This document shows, one piece after another, positions 39,806-50,358 of a stretch of 64,000 nucleotides of DNA; position 1 is the first letter of the stretch, and the number at the start of each line of letters is the position of its first letter. Source of the stretch: an uncultured Actinomycetes bacterium (GTDB taxonomy: Bacteria; Actinomycetota; Thermoleophilia; RBG-16-64-13); assembly GCA_963706025.1 (NCBI GenBank), contig CAVPLM010000003.1, positions 512,001 to 576,000 on the forward strand, in the 5' to 3' direction. Below the pieces are notes generated by a model. It saw nothing but the letters and a program-made list of their open reading frames with translations, was not told the origin of the DNA and did no database searches. Both the position numbers and the translations under genes were made by a program.

Positions 39806-39883
39806 CAACTGGAGCGCGGGGAGATCGACCTGCTGCTTCTCGACTGGGAACTCCCGGGCCTCGATGCGCCTATATGCTCGTGA
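39806..39883 (+). pseudogene. Short remnant of a response-regulator receiver domain
   Basis: Reads QLERGEIDLLLLDWELPGLDAPICS*, matching the REC beta3 phospho-Asp motif (D-x-x-L-L-D-x-x-L/M-P-x-x-D). Confidence 0.5.
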
Positions 39884-39963
39884 GATCGGGACCCGGTCCC
39901 CCCGCCGCACCGCAGCCCTAGAAGGGCGCCCCCCGCCCCCTCCGGAAGTGGACCCGCCGCTGT

Positions 39964-41370
39964 CTACTTCAAGAGTCTCGCGAAGTCTGTCACCGGCATG
40001 AATGCCAGCACCTGGCGGCGCCTCATCTCGAACAGAGCGGCCGGATCCCCTTCCTTGCCTCGGTTCGTAGCCACGGCCGTCGCGTAGCCGGCACTCCTGG
40101 CTGCCTCGATGACCCTTCTGTCGTAGGCACCATACGGGTACGCGAGCGCGTAGGGCAACAAGCCGGTGGCCAGGCTGATGGCGTCGCGCGAATCCACCAG
40201 CTCAGAGGTCAGGCGCGAGTCCGATACCGTTCTCAGATCGGGATGGGAGACCGTGTGCGATTGTATGGACATCCCTTGGGCGGCCATCTCGGCAAGCATG
40301 TCCCAGTCCATCTGACCCTCGTTGCCTACCGTCCCGGTTATCACGAAGAACGTAGCGGTCAACCCATACTGTTTCAAGATGGGGAAGGCAACTTCATAGT
40401 TGTCCACTCCCCCGTCGTCGAACGTAAGGATCACGGGCTTGTCCGGCAGCCCTCCTCCCCCGATCATGGCCGTGTACAAGTCCGCGAGACTGACCGTCTG
40501 GTAGCCGTTGTTCACCAGATACTCCATCTCGGCTACGAAGTCCCAGGTCCGGACCGTGAGCTGATCGGCATAGGGACCCGCGGGTGGAGGGGTTTCGTCA
40601 ACGTAGTGATACATGAGGATAGGCACGCGGATCCCGGAGGGATCTCCGGAGAGGCTCATGACCCGGAGCACCAGCGCTGCCGCCTGGGCCCGTGTCAGAT
40701 CGCTCGTCGGGGCCAGGTAGATGCCACCCTGACCCGAGCTGCCCTGCACGACGTGGTGGAACACAAGATACGCGGTGCCAGGGGCATGGTCGGGCGCGAG
40801 CGAGTCGGCGTCCGCGAAGGCGTAGAGTATGTCTGCTCCCTCGGCTGCGAACCAGTCGCCCAGCGACAGGTAGATGCCCCGGTCACCCTGGATGTAGCCG
40901 CTTCGAGAAAGCTCTGTCCTCGAGAGGTAGAGGCCCAGAATAGAGTTCGCCTGCTGGCGGCTTATCGATCTCCCGGGCCCGAATGTACCGTCGCCGTAAC
41001 CATTGGTGATCCCGGCCTCCATGCTCCCCTCGACCCAGGGAAAGTAGTACGAGGAAGGGGGGACGTCGGTGAAAGTGGCGTACGGAGGTCTGCTCGTGCT
41101 GAGCCCAAGACCGGTCATGACCATCTTGACGAACTGGCCGCGATTGACGGAAAGACCCGGTCTGAAGGTACCGTCGCTGTACCCTGACGCGACGGTGGCC
41201 ACGGCGCTCTCGGTCACACCGTACTGGGCGAGCCACCTACTGTTGGGGATGTCGGTCCAGGGTACGGCCAGCGCGGCGTGGCTGGACACGAACCACGAAG
41301 CGCCGAGCACGACCGCGACGGCCAGCACGGCGGCGACACTTCGGGCAGCTATGCGCAGGCGATTTCTCAC
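39964..41370 (-). CDS. Secreted SLH-domain polysaccharide deacetylase (CE4/NodB)
   Basis: Signal peptide; SLH motifs GYSDGTFRP..VNRGQF and GYGDGTFGP..ISRQQA; catalytic ILMYH, TFDDG, SHTVSH and AYPYG. Confidence 0.9.
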   Translation of the reverse strand: MRNRLRIAARSVAAVLAVAVVLGASWFVSSHAALAVPWTDIPNSRWLAQYGVTESAVATVASGYSDGTFRPGLSVNRGQFVKMVMTGLGLSTSRPPYATFTDVPPSSYYFPWVEGSMEAGITNGYGDGTFGPGRSISRQQANSILGLYLSRTELSRSGYIQGDRGIYLSLGDWFAAEGADILYAFADADSLAPDHAPGTAYLVFHHVVQGSSGQGGIYLAPTSDLTRAQAAALVLRVMSLSGDPSGIRVPILMYHYVDETPPPAGPYADQLTVRTWDFVAEMEYLVNNGYQTVSLADLYTAMIGGGGLPDKPVILTFDDGGVDNYEVAFPILKQYGLTATFFVITGTVGNEGQMDWDMLAEMAAQGMSIQSHTVSHPDLRTVSDSRLTSELVDSRDAISLATGLLPYALAYPYGAYDRRVIEAARSAGYATAVATNRGKEGDPAALFEMRRRQVLAFMPVTDFARLLK

Positions 41371-41474
41371 CGGCAGTCACCCTCTGGCGATGGTTGCCCT
41401 CTCGACGTGACTGTTCATCTAATCATACGTCGGACGGGGCTGCACGGGTGACGCTCCCTAGAGACAGCCTCTGC

Positions 41475-42737
41475 CTACCGAAGTCGCCGGAGTGCATCGA
41501 GAAGCTGGGCGGCCTCCTCGGGTGGCATCCCGCCGGTTGACAACTCGATGTAGGCGTCCGGAAGGAAGACCGAGAAGCTGACGATGTTCTGCCCGTTCCC
41601 CGTTTGCCTCGTGTAGACGGTGGCTTCCTGCCCGGCCACCATACGAACCGTCTTTGTGAACTGGCCCGACTCCAGAAGGTATCCCTCGCACAACTCCCGC
41701 CCCGACTGCGCCGAAGGGCTGTCAGGGGCGAACACGTAGACCTGGATGTTCACGTTCGGCGAGTTGGTCGGCCGGTCGTAAATGAGATTGATGCTCTCTT
41801 GCTGGGGTTCATAAGAAGGATCCGGATGAAAGTCGGAGTGCTCGGCCAGGACCAGCGTGTGACCGAGGATCTCCGGACCGAGCCAGTATTGGCCCCAGTC
41901 CGCCTGAGGGCTCAGCGGATGGTCAAGGGCCAGATCAATGGTGGTTCCCGCAAGGATCGGGTCCTCAGGAGGGGCTATCGCCACGTCATCTGGGCTGAGC
42001 TCAGGCAGCGCCTGGAAGGCATAGCTGACCGTGCTCCTCACGCGTTCGGGGTTCGTCTCGCCCCCTGCATCGAGAGCTACGATGTCAGCCGCGAACCTCA
42101 CCGGAAGATAGTCTGCGGCAAGGACGAGGATCATCTCGGCGCTGGCTTCCTCCCCGCTCCTAGTCCAGCTGAGCCGCCACCCTCCGCCAGACTCGTTTTC
42201 GGCAACCAGATTCTCCGCACCCGTTAGCAGGTTTTCGTAGCGCTGGCCTCCCTCTCCTATCCACAGCGGTAGCGGCAGACCCTGCGGCGGATCTAGACTT
42301 ACGTGCTTTCCGTAGGAAACGGGATCGGACAAATAAGAGACTCGCTCCTTCCCGTTCACGCTCTCCTGTTCCACGGTTCCCTCGGCCCGGCGCACCGTCT
42401 GCAGGCCTAGACCGTTCTCCTGATCGAGGAGCTGGGTCACTTCGACCACGTTGGAAGGGGCGGATGAACCTCCGCCAACGTATTCGGTCTCCTGCTTGAT
42501 ACTGATCCGGACCGGGCCAAGTATCTCCACCGCGGCTACACTTGCGGCCCAGATGTCCTCGAAGGACTCGATCGACGCCGGAGGCGCGACTTCCGTGGAA
42601 GATGTGGCGAGGTCAGGGATGGTGACGGTCGAAGATGGCGTGCCACAGCCGGAGAGCAGGAACAAACCGAGGCCGAGTGCGACAGCGCACAAACCGGTCT
42701 TCAGCCACGAACGCTTCCCCACAATCATGTCCTTCAT
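41475..42737 (-). CDS. Hypothetical lipoprotein
   Basis: 420-aa ORF with lipobox LSGC; TATAAT lies shortly upstream on the minus strand. Confidence 0.75.
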   Translation of the reverse strand: MKDMIVGKRSWLKTGLCAVALGLGLFLLSGCGTPSSTVTIPDLATSSTEVAPPASIESFEDIWAASVAAVEILGPVRISIKQETEYVGGGSSAPSNVVEVTQLLDQENGLGLQTVRRAEGTVEQESVNGKERVSYLSDPVSYGKHVSLDPPQGLPLPLWIGEGGQRYENLLTGAENLVAENESGGGWRLSWTRSGEEASAEMILVLAADYLPVRFAADIVALDAGGETNPERVRSTVSYAFQALPELSPDDVAIAPPEDPILAGTTIDLALDHPLSPQADWGQYWLGPEILGHTLVLAEHSDFHPDPSYEPQQESINLIYDRPTNSPNVNIQVYVFAPDSPSAQSGRELCEGYLLESGQFTKTVRMVAGQEATVYTRQTGNGQNIVSFSVFLPDAYIELSTGGMPPEEAAQLLDALRRLR

Positions 42738-42977
42738 CCTACGCCCTCAGTTCATTATATGTCCGCCAGGGGCGAGAGTGTGCCTCGTGAGTTGCTCCGC
42801 GACGCAACCAGGACCGGTTTCACGACGTCGTAGCAGCACCCCGCCAGCGCCCGTCGGGGCTCCGGTAGTCGTCCGTTCGGGAATCAGGCATAATCTGACG
42901 GGCAATCTGCGGCATTCGACGTTGACCGGTGCGTGGGGCTGACGACCAGCTGCAGCCAGGGTTAGGAGACTACATTG

Positions 42978-43640
42978 ATGCTCGATCGAAAACGGGTCAA
43001 GAAGTGGACCAAGTGGATCGCTCTCTTCGTGGCCCTATCCTTTGGGGCGGGTTTCCTGTTCCTGGGCGTCGGCTATGGGGGGGCTGGTTTCAACCTGTCC
43101 GATCTGTTCACCGGTGGGGACGAGCCCACGAACACGACCCTCTCTCCCGACGAGAAGATCGCCGCCTTCCAGCAGAGGGTGCAGCAGAATCCCAAGGACG
43201 TCGAGGCTCTTCTCGGGCTGGCCACCATCTATCAGGAAAACGGCCAGCTTACGCTGGCGATCCCCTACTTGGAGCAGGTCATCGTCGTCGATCCGGCCCA
43301 GAAAGATGTCTACATGCGGTTGGCCAACCTTTACATGAACAACGACGTTCTGGACTACCAGGGCGCGACGACGGTGCTCATCAAGCTCACCTCGGTGGAT
43401 CCTGAGAACCCGGATGTGTATCTCAAGCTGGGCATAGCTCAGAGGGAGCTCGGCCAGACCGAGGCGGCCATCCTGGCATGGCAGAAGTACCTGCAACTGG
43501 CGCCCAATGGGGACATGGCCGACGTGGTCAGGGAGCAGATCGCGACCCTCAGCAAGAAGCCCACTACTACCACCACCGCCGGGGCCGGCGCCACTACCAC
43601 CACCGCGACCTCCGCGCCCACTACTTCCACGACCCGGTAG
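42978..43640 (+). CDS. Membrane-anchored TPR protein with a Thr-rich tail
   Basis: N-terminal TM segment; TPR helices (ALLGLATIY, VYMRLANLY, VYLKLGIAQ). Confidence 0.85.
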   Translation: MLDRKRVKKWTKWIALFVALSFGAGFLFLGVGYGGAGFNLSDLFTGGDEPTNTTLSPDEKIAAFQQRVQQNPKDVEALLGLATIYQENGQLTLAIPYLEQVIVVDPAQKDVYMRLANLYMNNDVLDYQGATTVLIKLTSVDPENPDVYLKLGIAQRELGQTEAAILAWQKYLQLAPNGDMADVVREQIATLSKKPTTTTTAGAGATTTTATSAPTTSTTR

Positions 43641-43757
43641 CCCCGCGCGGTAGACGACTTCCTTATCGGCTCGCCCGTAGGCGTATATACTGGAAGAGTA
43701 GCGCCCCGTCATCTGCAGGGGTTCTTCGAGCCCCATCCGGGAGTCTGAGAGAAGAGC

Positions 43758-44093
43758 GTGAATCTGTCCATAAGCACCGAGACCGATGAGAAGACGGTGG
43801 TCGTCCACGTGGGCGGCGATCTGGATGTGTATACGGCTCCTCGGCTCAGGGAGACCCTTGCGAAAGCCCTGGTCGATGGCAGGCGATTGGTCCTCGACCT
43901 CTCCGAGGTGCACTTCATAGATTCTACGGCTCTGGGAGTGCTCGTCTCCGCCCTCGAGCAGAGCCAAGCCGCCGCCGGAGACCTACGGTTGGTCCTGGAC
44001 GATCCCTATCTGCTCAAGATCTTCCACATAACCGGGTTCGACGGCATGTTCTCGATCTATCCCGAAATCGCGGACGCCGTCTCCGGCGACTGA
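43758..44093 (+). CDS. STAS-domain anti-sigma factor antagonist
   Basis: GGDLDVYTAPRLRE and LDLSEVHFIDSTALGVL. Confidence 0.92.
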   Translation: MNLSISTETDEKTVVVHVGGDLDVYTAPRLRETLAKALVDGRRLVLDLSEVHFIDSTALGVLVSALEQSQAAAGDLRLVLDDPYLLKIFHITGFDGMFSIYPEIADAVSGD

Positions 44094-44195
44094 CGCCGAG
44101 GCGCCGAGCCCCACACCGCCTCTATCAGCACCCGGCCCTGCCGTGGGCGTGCTATCTTTCGCCTCTGACACGCCAGCCGACGAGGAGCCTGGGTT

Positions 44196-46479
44196 TTGCG
44201 ACTCATAATCACAGAGAAGAACGACGCCGCGAGTAAGATCGCCGGGATCCTGGCTCACAACGGGGTAGAGCAGGAATCCTACCTGCGGGTCCCCTACTAT
44301 CTGTTCACCGACGCAGAGGGGCAGCAGGCCGCCGCCGTAGGACTCAAGGGCCACGTGCTCCAGGTGGACTTCCCTCCGGAGTTCTCGGAATGGCGCAAGG
44401 TGGAGCCGAAGGCGCTCATCGATGCTCCGCTCATCAAGACCGAGACCGCCAAGTCGGTGGTCCGGACGGTGAAGAAGCTGGCCGCCGACGCCACCACCCT
44501 CATCATCGCCACCGACTTCGACCGCGAGGGGGAGTTGATCGGGCTCGAGGCCCTCAATCTGGCCCTGGAAGAGAACGCGAAGCTCGTGCGCACGGTGCGA
44601 CGGGCGCGCTTCTCGGCCCTCACCCCTGGAGAGATCACCCGCGCCTTCACGCATCTCGACCACCTGTCGGAACCGTTGGCCTGGGCCGGCGAAGCGCGGC
44701 AGGACATAGACCTCATCTGGGGGGCGACGCTCACCCGGTTCGTCTCCCTGGCCACCTCACGTCTGGGGAGCCAATTCTTGAGCGTGGGGCGGGTCCAGAC
44801 TCCGACCCTCGTGCTTGTGGTGGAGCGGGAGAAGGAGCGGCGGGCCTTCGTGCCCGAGCCGTTCTGGGTCGTGAAGGTGGAGTTGGACGCCGAGGGGCAG
44901 CGCTTCAGCGCCGTCCACAAGGAGGAACGCTTCAAGGACGAAGCCCGGGCGACCGCGGTCTTCGAGAAGCTGTCCGGTCCCGGCCAGGTCACGGCCGTCA
45001 AGCAGACCAGCCGCAAGGTCCCGCGGCCGGCTCCTTTCAACACCACCAGTTTCACCAGTGCCGCCACCTCCCTTGGCTACAGCGCATCGGCGGTGATGCG
45101 CGTCGCCGAGGATCTCTACATGTCGGGTCACATCAGCTACCCGCGCACCGACAACACCGTCTATCCGTCTTCGCTCGATCTGCGTGAAGCCCTGAATACC
45201 CTGGCCCAAGGCGAGTTCCGTCTGGAGGCCGGGAAGCTACTTGCCCGGTCCACCTTGCATCCCAGCCGGGGCGACAAGCGCACCACCGACCACCCGCCCA
45301 TCTACCCCACCGGAGCGCCCCACCGCAGAGAGTTGGGCGAGCGGGAATGGCGGATCTACGAGTTGGTGTCCAGGCGCTTCATGGCCACGCTGGCCGACGA
45401 GGCGGTGATGGAGTCCAACCGCGTCGACCTCGATCTGAACGGGGAGCCGTTCTTCGCCCGGGGAAACCGGGTGGTGACGGCCGGATGGCTGGAGTACTAC
45501 CCCTACAGTCGTCAGAAGGACTCGGAACTACCGCTGCTGCAGAAGGGCGACCAGGTAAGGCTTGTGAACAAGGAGTTCGAAGCCAAGGAGACCCAACCTC
45601 CGTCGCGATTCGGGCAAGGACCGCTCATCGAGCTGATGGAGAAGCACAACCTGGGCACCAAGGCCACCCGGCACTCCATCATCCAGAACCTCTACGATCG
45701 CGGCTACGTGCACGGCAATCCGGTGGAGCCCACCGAGATGGGAATCAAAATGGCCGAGGCCTTGCAGGAGTTCGCTCCCCGCATCGCCTCCCCGGAGATG
45801 ACCGCCGAGTTGGAGAAGGACATGGACCTGATCTCGGTGAGGGACCTCACCAAGGAACAGGTGGTCACCATCTCCCGGGACCTGTTGCGCCAGGCCTACG
45901 GCTCCCTGGAGCAGAACAAGGAGCAGATGGCCGCCAAGATCTACGAAGGGATAACCGACGACCGCATCCTGGGCGAGTGTCCCAAATGCGGGAAGAACAG
46001 GATCCGGATCATACGCTCCAAAGCCACTAAGAAGCGCTTCGTGGGTTGCGAAGGCTACCCCGACTGCGATCAGACCTATCCCCTGCCCCAGCGGGGCGAC
46101 GTCCTCGGCACCGGGGAGATCTGTCCCCAGTGCGGCACTCCCAAGGTGAAGGTCTTGGGGGGCCGGCGCCCGTGGGTCCTGTGTCTCGACCCCAATTGTC
46201 CCACCAAGGCCGAGTACCGGGAGAAGCGGGCAGCGCGGGCAGAGCGGGCGGCCGGCGCCGGCGCGGCCGGCGCGGCCCGCACGAAGACCGGCGCGGCCGG
46301 CGGCCGCGAAGAGCGGCGCGGCCCGCACGAAGACCGGGGCGGCCGGCGCCAAGAGCGGCGCCCGCAAGACCGCTACCAAAACCCCCAGCACGCGCGGGCG
46401 GACGAAGGGCGAAGCTGCGGCCGCAACCGAGACTGTCGCGACACCATCCGTCCCGGGTACGTCCGAGGGTGAGGCTTAG
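44196..46479 (+). CDS. topA: DNA topoisomerase I (type IA, archaeal-like) with two Zn-finger repeats and a Lys/Ala-rich tail; probable frameshift near 46300
   Basis: LIITEK, ATDFDREGE, SVGRVQTP, catalytic ISYPRTD, DHPPIYPT, LGTKATR and CxxC fingers. Shifted-frame tail ..AKSGARKTATKT..SEGEA* ends at 46479. Confidence 0.93.
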
Positions 46480-46482
46480 ACC

Positions 46483-47166
46483 TTGCTGCCGGAAGATGCC
46501 GATCTGGACGACGCGACCCTTGCAGCTATGGGAAGCGACCTGCACGGTCTCTTCATCACTTTTGAAGGGCTGGATGGGTGCGGCAAATCCACCCAGATGG
46601 AACTGCTGGCCGAGGGACTGCGGGAGCGGGGATATGTGGTGCTGCTCACGCGGGAGCCGGGCGGGACGCCCCTGGGCGAGGCGATCCGCGACCTTCTGCT
46701 CGACCCCAGGCATCACGGGATGTCGGCGCGGGCCGAGGCCCTGCTGTACGCCGCGGCCCGCGCCCATCTGGTGGAGCAGGTGATCCGGCCGGCTCTGGAG
46801 GACGGCCAGGTGGTGCTGTGCGACCGCTACCTCGATTCATCTCTCGCCTATCAGGGCTACGGCCGAGGTCTGGGTACCGATGACATCGTCACGTTGAATG
46901 TTTGGGCAACCGAATGCCTCTTTCCCGATCTGACGCTGCTGCTGGACCTCGACGATTCCCTCCGGCCGGCCCGCCTGGCGGCGGTGCCCGATCGGCTGGA
47001 GGCTGAGGATGACGAGTTCCACCGGCGCGTGGCCGAAGGGTATCGGTCTCTGTCGCATTCGCACTCCCATCGCATCCGAAGAATAGATGCCAACGGCACC
47101 GAGTCCGCGGTACAGGCCCGGGTGCGGGCCGTGGTCGAAGAGGAGTTGAGGCTCTTCAGTCACTAG
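46483..47166 (+). CDS. tmk: Thymidylate kinase
   Basis: FITFEGLDGCGKSTQ, TREPGGT and CDRYLDSSLAYQG. Confidence 0.96.
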   Translation: MLPEDADLDDATLAAMGSDLHGLFITFEGLDGCGKSTQMELLAEGLRERGYVVLLTREPGGTPLGEAIRDLLLDPRHHGMSARAEALLYAAARAHLVEQVIRPALEDGQVVLCDRYLDSSLAYQGYGRGLGTDDIVTLNVWATECLFPDLTLLLDLDDSLRPARLAAVPDRLEAEDDEFHRRVAEGYRSLSHSHSHRIRRIDANGTESAVQARVRAVVEEELRLFSH

Positions 47167-47280
47167 AGCTCGTTTCAGAATGACGCTTTGCCGACAGGGT
47201 GCGATCGGCGCGACTGAAGGACGATGGATCGCTCCGCCGGAGCGCGGCCGGAGTCGATGCGCCACCATGTGGGAGGTGCG

Positions 47281-48432
47281 GTGAGAAGTCTGTTCGCGGA
47301 TATCGTTGGACAGGAAATGGCGATCGCCATCCTCACCCGCGCGCTCGAGCAGGGGGCATCGCATGCCTATCTGTTCGCGGGCCCACCGGGAGTGGGCAAG
47401 AGCGAGGCCGCCCTGGCTTTCGCGGCGGGACTGGCCTGCGCCGAGGGTGGCTGTGGAGCCTGCAACACCTGCCGCCGGGTGCAGAAAGGGTTGCATCCCG
47501 ACGTGGAGATCGTGGCCGCCGAGGGCAACCAGTTCCTCATCGAACAGATTCGAGAGGTTGTCTACCATTCCGCCTACCGCCCATATGAAGTCGACACCCG
47601 GGCCAAGGTCTATATCTTCATAGAAGCCGACAAGTTCAACGCCGAGCATCCCCCTCCGGCGAATGCCTTCCTCAAGACCCTGGAAGAACCACCAGCCCAC
47701 GTCCATTTCATCTTGGTTACCGATCACCCCGAGAGACTGCTTCCCACGATCGCGTCGCGTTGTCAACTGGTGACCTTCTCGCCCGTGCCTGTTCCGGCCC
47801 TCGCCGCCGATCTGGTGGGCAGGTTCGGATTGTCGAGGAGGGAAGCCGACCTGATCGCCCGGGTGGCCGGCGGTAATCTCAGCCAGGCCAGGGAGTTGGC
47901 CACGTCGGAGAGCGCGCGCAGGCAACGGGATCAGTTGCTCGATCTGGCTCGGGATCTCCCCACGGCCGGTCTCATGGACACCCAAGTCGCCCTCGATGAG
48001 GTGATGAACACGATCGAGAGGCGCGCTCAGGAGAGGGTGGCGGAGTCGGCCGGAGAGCTGCAGCAGGCGCTGGAATGGGCAGGCGATGCCCGCACACGTA
48101 AGTGGCTCGAGAAACGTCACGAAGAGAAGCTCAAGCGGCAACAGCGCCGGCTCAACACCCTGGGACTCCAGACCGTCACTCGCGTCTTCTCCGGCTGGTA
48201 CCGCGACCTGGCTCTCGTCTCGGCCGGCGCCGAAGAAGCCGCCCTGAACCAAGACCGCCTCGACGAACTACGGGCCGCCGCTCTGCCCGGGGGCCTTCTT
48301 TCCTATATGAAGGCCGTGATGGCGGTCCGTCAGACGCAAGAGCGGCTCCGGTATAATGTCGATGCCCGATGCGCCATCGGAGATATGTTCTATTCAATCA
48401 AGGAGGCCCTGGCTCAGTGGCCGATATTGTAG
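47281..48432 (+). CDS. holB: DNA polymerase III subunit delta'
   Basis: HAYLFAGPPGVGK, CGACNTC, HPD, NAFLKTLEEPP and TIASRC; GGAGG RBS. Confidence 0.93.
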   Translation: MRSLFADIVGQEMAIAILTRALEQGASHAYLFAGPPGVGKSEAALAFAAGLACAEGGCGACNTCRRVQKGLHPDVEIVAAEGNQFLIEQIREVVYHSAYRPYEVDTRAKVYIFIEADKFNAEHPPPANAFLKTLEEPPAHVHFILVTDHPERLLPTIASRCQLVTFSPVPVPALAADLVGRFGLSRREADLIARVAGGNLSQARELATSESARRQRDQLLDLARDLPTAGLMDTQVALDEVMNTIERRAQERVAESAGELQQALEWAGDARTRKWLEKRHEEKLKRQQRRLNTLGLQTVTRVFSGWYRDLALVSAGAEEAALNQDRLDELRAAALPGGLLSYMKAVMAVRQTQERLRYNVDARCAIGDMFYSIKEALAQWPIL

Positions 48433-49872
48433 GGGTCGTTTTCCACAGCGGGGCCAAGGTCTACTACTTCGATCCCGCAGGACTCGAGCTTTCCCGGGGA
48501 GATCGCGTAGTCGTCCAGACGTCGAAGGGCACCGAGATCGGCCAGGTGGTCGATCCGCCCCATGTCGTGGACGATTCGGAGATCCGGGCTCAGCTCAAGA
48601 GGGTCACTCGCGTGGCCACCGGCAAGGATCTGGAGGCGCAGGTCGCCGACGAGAACATGCGCAAGGAGGCCATGGCTACCTGCCGGGAGTTGATCGCCGG
48701 CCACGGTTTGGACATGAAACTGGTGGGTGCCGACATCGGGTTCGGCGGCGAGAAGATCACCATCAGTTTCTACTCCGACGAGCGGGTCGATTTCCGCGCC
48801 CTGGTGGCCGACTTGGCCAAGGTGCTCAAGATGCGCGTCGAGCTACGCCAGGTCGGAGCGCGCGAAGAAGCGCGTATGGTGGGGGGCTTGGGTCCGTGCG
48901 GTCGCAATCTGTGCTGCACGTTGTTCCCGGGCGACGACGAGCCGGTATCGATCCGCATGGCCAAGGAGCAGAACCTGCCCCTGAATCCCATGAAGATCTC
49001 CGGCTTGTGCGGCCGGCTCATGTGCTGTCTCAAGTACGAGCAGGAGCAATACGTGCGCTTCCGGAAAGAGGCGCCTCCCAAGGGGACCTCGGTGTCCACG
49101 CCGGCGGGGGAGGGGGTCATCGTCGGATACAACGTTCCCAAAGATGCCATCACCGTGAGGTACGAGGACGGCTCGTACACCGACATCCGTCTCAGCGGCT
49201 GTCAATGCCAGGAGGGCGGAGGCTTGATGGTGATCCCCGAGATGGAAGAGCCCCCGTTCGTGCCCATCGTCGAGGATCTCCACGGACTGGAAGCGCTGGC
49301 AGTGGCCGAATGCACCCCCGACGCCCTGGCGGTGGTGGAGGCAGAGGTCATCAGCGGGCGAGGACGGTGAGCCGGTGCAGGTCATTGTGGCGGAGAGCTC
49401 CCGACGGGGACGGGGCCGACGGGGACGGGGTCGGCGGGGGGGCAGGCGCCGGACACAGCCCCAGGCTGTTGGCGAACCCGTCGATCTGGCTTCCGGTGAG
49501 GCCGAGGGCACCGCTTCCGGCGAAGAACGAAGCAGTGCCCACCGTCGTGGTCACAAGCCGAGCAGGCACGCGCATCATCAGGGTGATCAAGGGGCCGACA
49601 AGCACCAGGAGGCAGCGCGCGACTCCCCGGTTGAGGGGAGCGGCACCGAGGAACCCGGCGCGCGGCGGCGGTGGAAGCGGCCGGCCGCGGCGCCGGCGGA
49701 GGCGCCGCCCGGCCGGTGGCGGCAACGGCACGGCGGCGGCAGCGGCGGGGGCGGCGGCGGGGGCGGCGGGGGCGGCGGAGCCATCGACGGAGGCACCGGG
49801 GCGACCGGGGGCGGCAGTGGAGCGACCGCTGGCGGCGAGCACCGGAGCGCCGGCCCCGGAAACGAGGCCTGA
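48417..49872 (+). CDS. PSP1/RicT (YaaT) family protein with a probable long low-complexity C-terminal extension (frameshift near 49355)
   Basis: RVDFRALV, GPCGRNLCC and KISGLCGRLMCCLKYE. The core ORF ends at 49370; the adjacent ORF 49375-49872 has no RBS and is RG/His/Gly-rich. Confidence 0.8.
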
Positions 49873-49966
49873 GACCGAGGGGCAGACGCGTCTGGAGGGC
49901 GGGGCGGCCGGGTGCAGGTCAGTAGGGCGCGGCTTTGCCGGCCGCGGTTTGGCGGAGGCCCGGAGC

Positions 49967-49995
49967 TTGTCAGCTTCCTCGCGAGCTTCTAAACT
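49967..49995 (+). promoter_or_regulatory. Probable tRNA promoter
   Basis: TTGTCA, 17-nt spacer, TAAACT, followed by a GC-rich leader. Confidence 0.6.
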
Positions 49996-50036
49996 AAGGC
50001 GCCCGCGGCGCCATATTGGGGCGCCCGAGGTTTCAT

Positions 50037-50109
50037 GCCGACGTAGCTCAGATGGCAGAGCGGCTCACTCGTAATGAGCAGGTCCGGGGTTCGATTCCCC
50101 GCGTCGGCT
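50037..50109 (+). tRNA. tRNA-Thr(CGT), CCA not encoded
   Basis: Acceptor GCCGACG/CGTCGGC, D arm GCTC/GAGC, anticodon arm GCTCA-CTCGTAA-TGAGC, T arm CGGGG-TTCGATT-CCCCG. Confidence 0.97.
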
Positions 50110-50290
50110 TGCCTTATTGCCACGTTGCGGAGAAGCTTCATATCGTTTTCCAGGAACTCGCCGGCTCGCAACCTCTTGCCGAGCGGGTTGATCCGCTCGC
50201 CGATAGTCACGGTGGGAAGATGGTATTCGATCGTAGCGGTCTTGGAGCCGTTGCTGACTTGGGTTATCAGTCTCTCGACACTCGCATTCG
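50110..50290 (-). pseudogene. Possible C-terminal relic of a serine recombinase abutting the tRNA 3' end
   Basis: Open frame ..VERLITQVSNGSKTATIEYHLP.. reads on into the tRNA antisense, as integrases at tRNA att sites often do; similarity is weak. Confidence 0.3.
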
Positions 50291-50358
50291 TACTCGGTCT
50301 TCTCGGGTGCTGCCGATGCTCTAACTGGACGCCGTTCGTGCTCTTGCCCGACCGAACG

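Noticed and set aside
49368-49370. TGA read-through as selenocysteine in PSP1
   Set aside because: It lies in a low-complexity non-catalytic region, and a frameshift gives a more sensible continuation.
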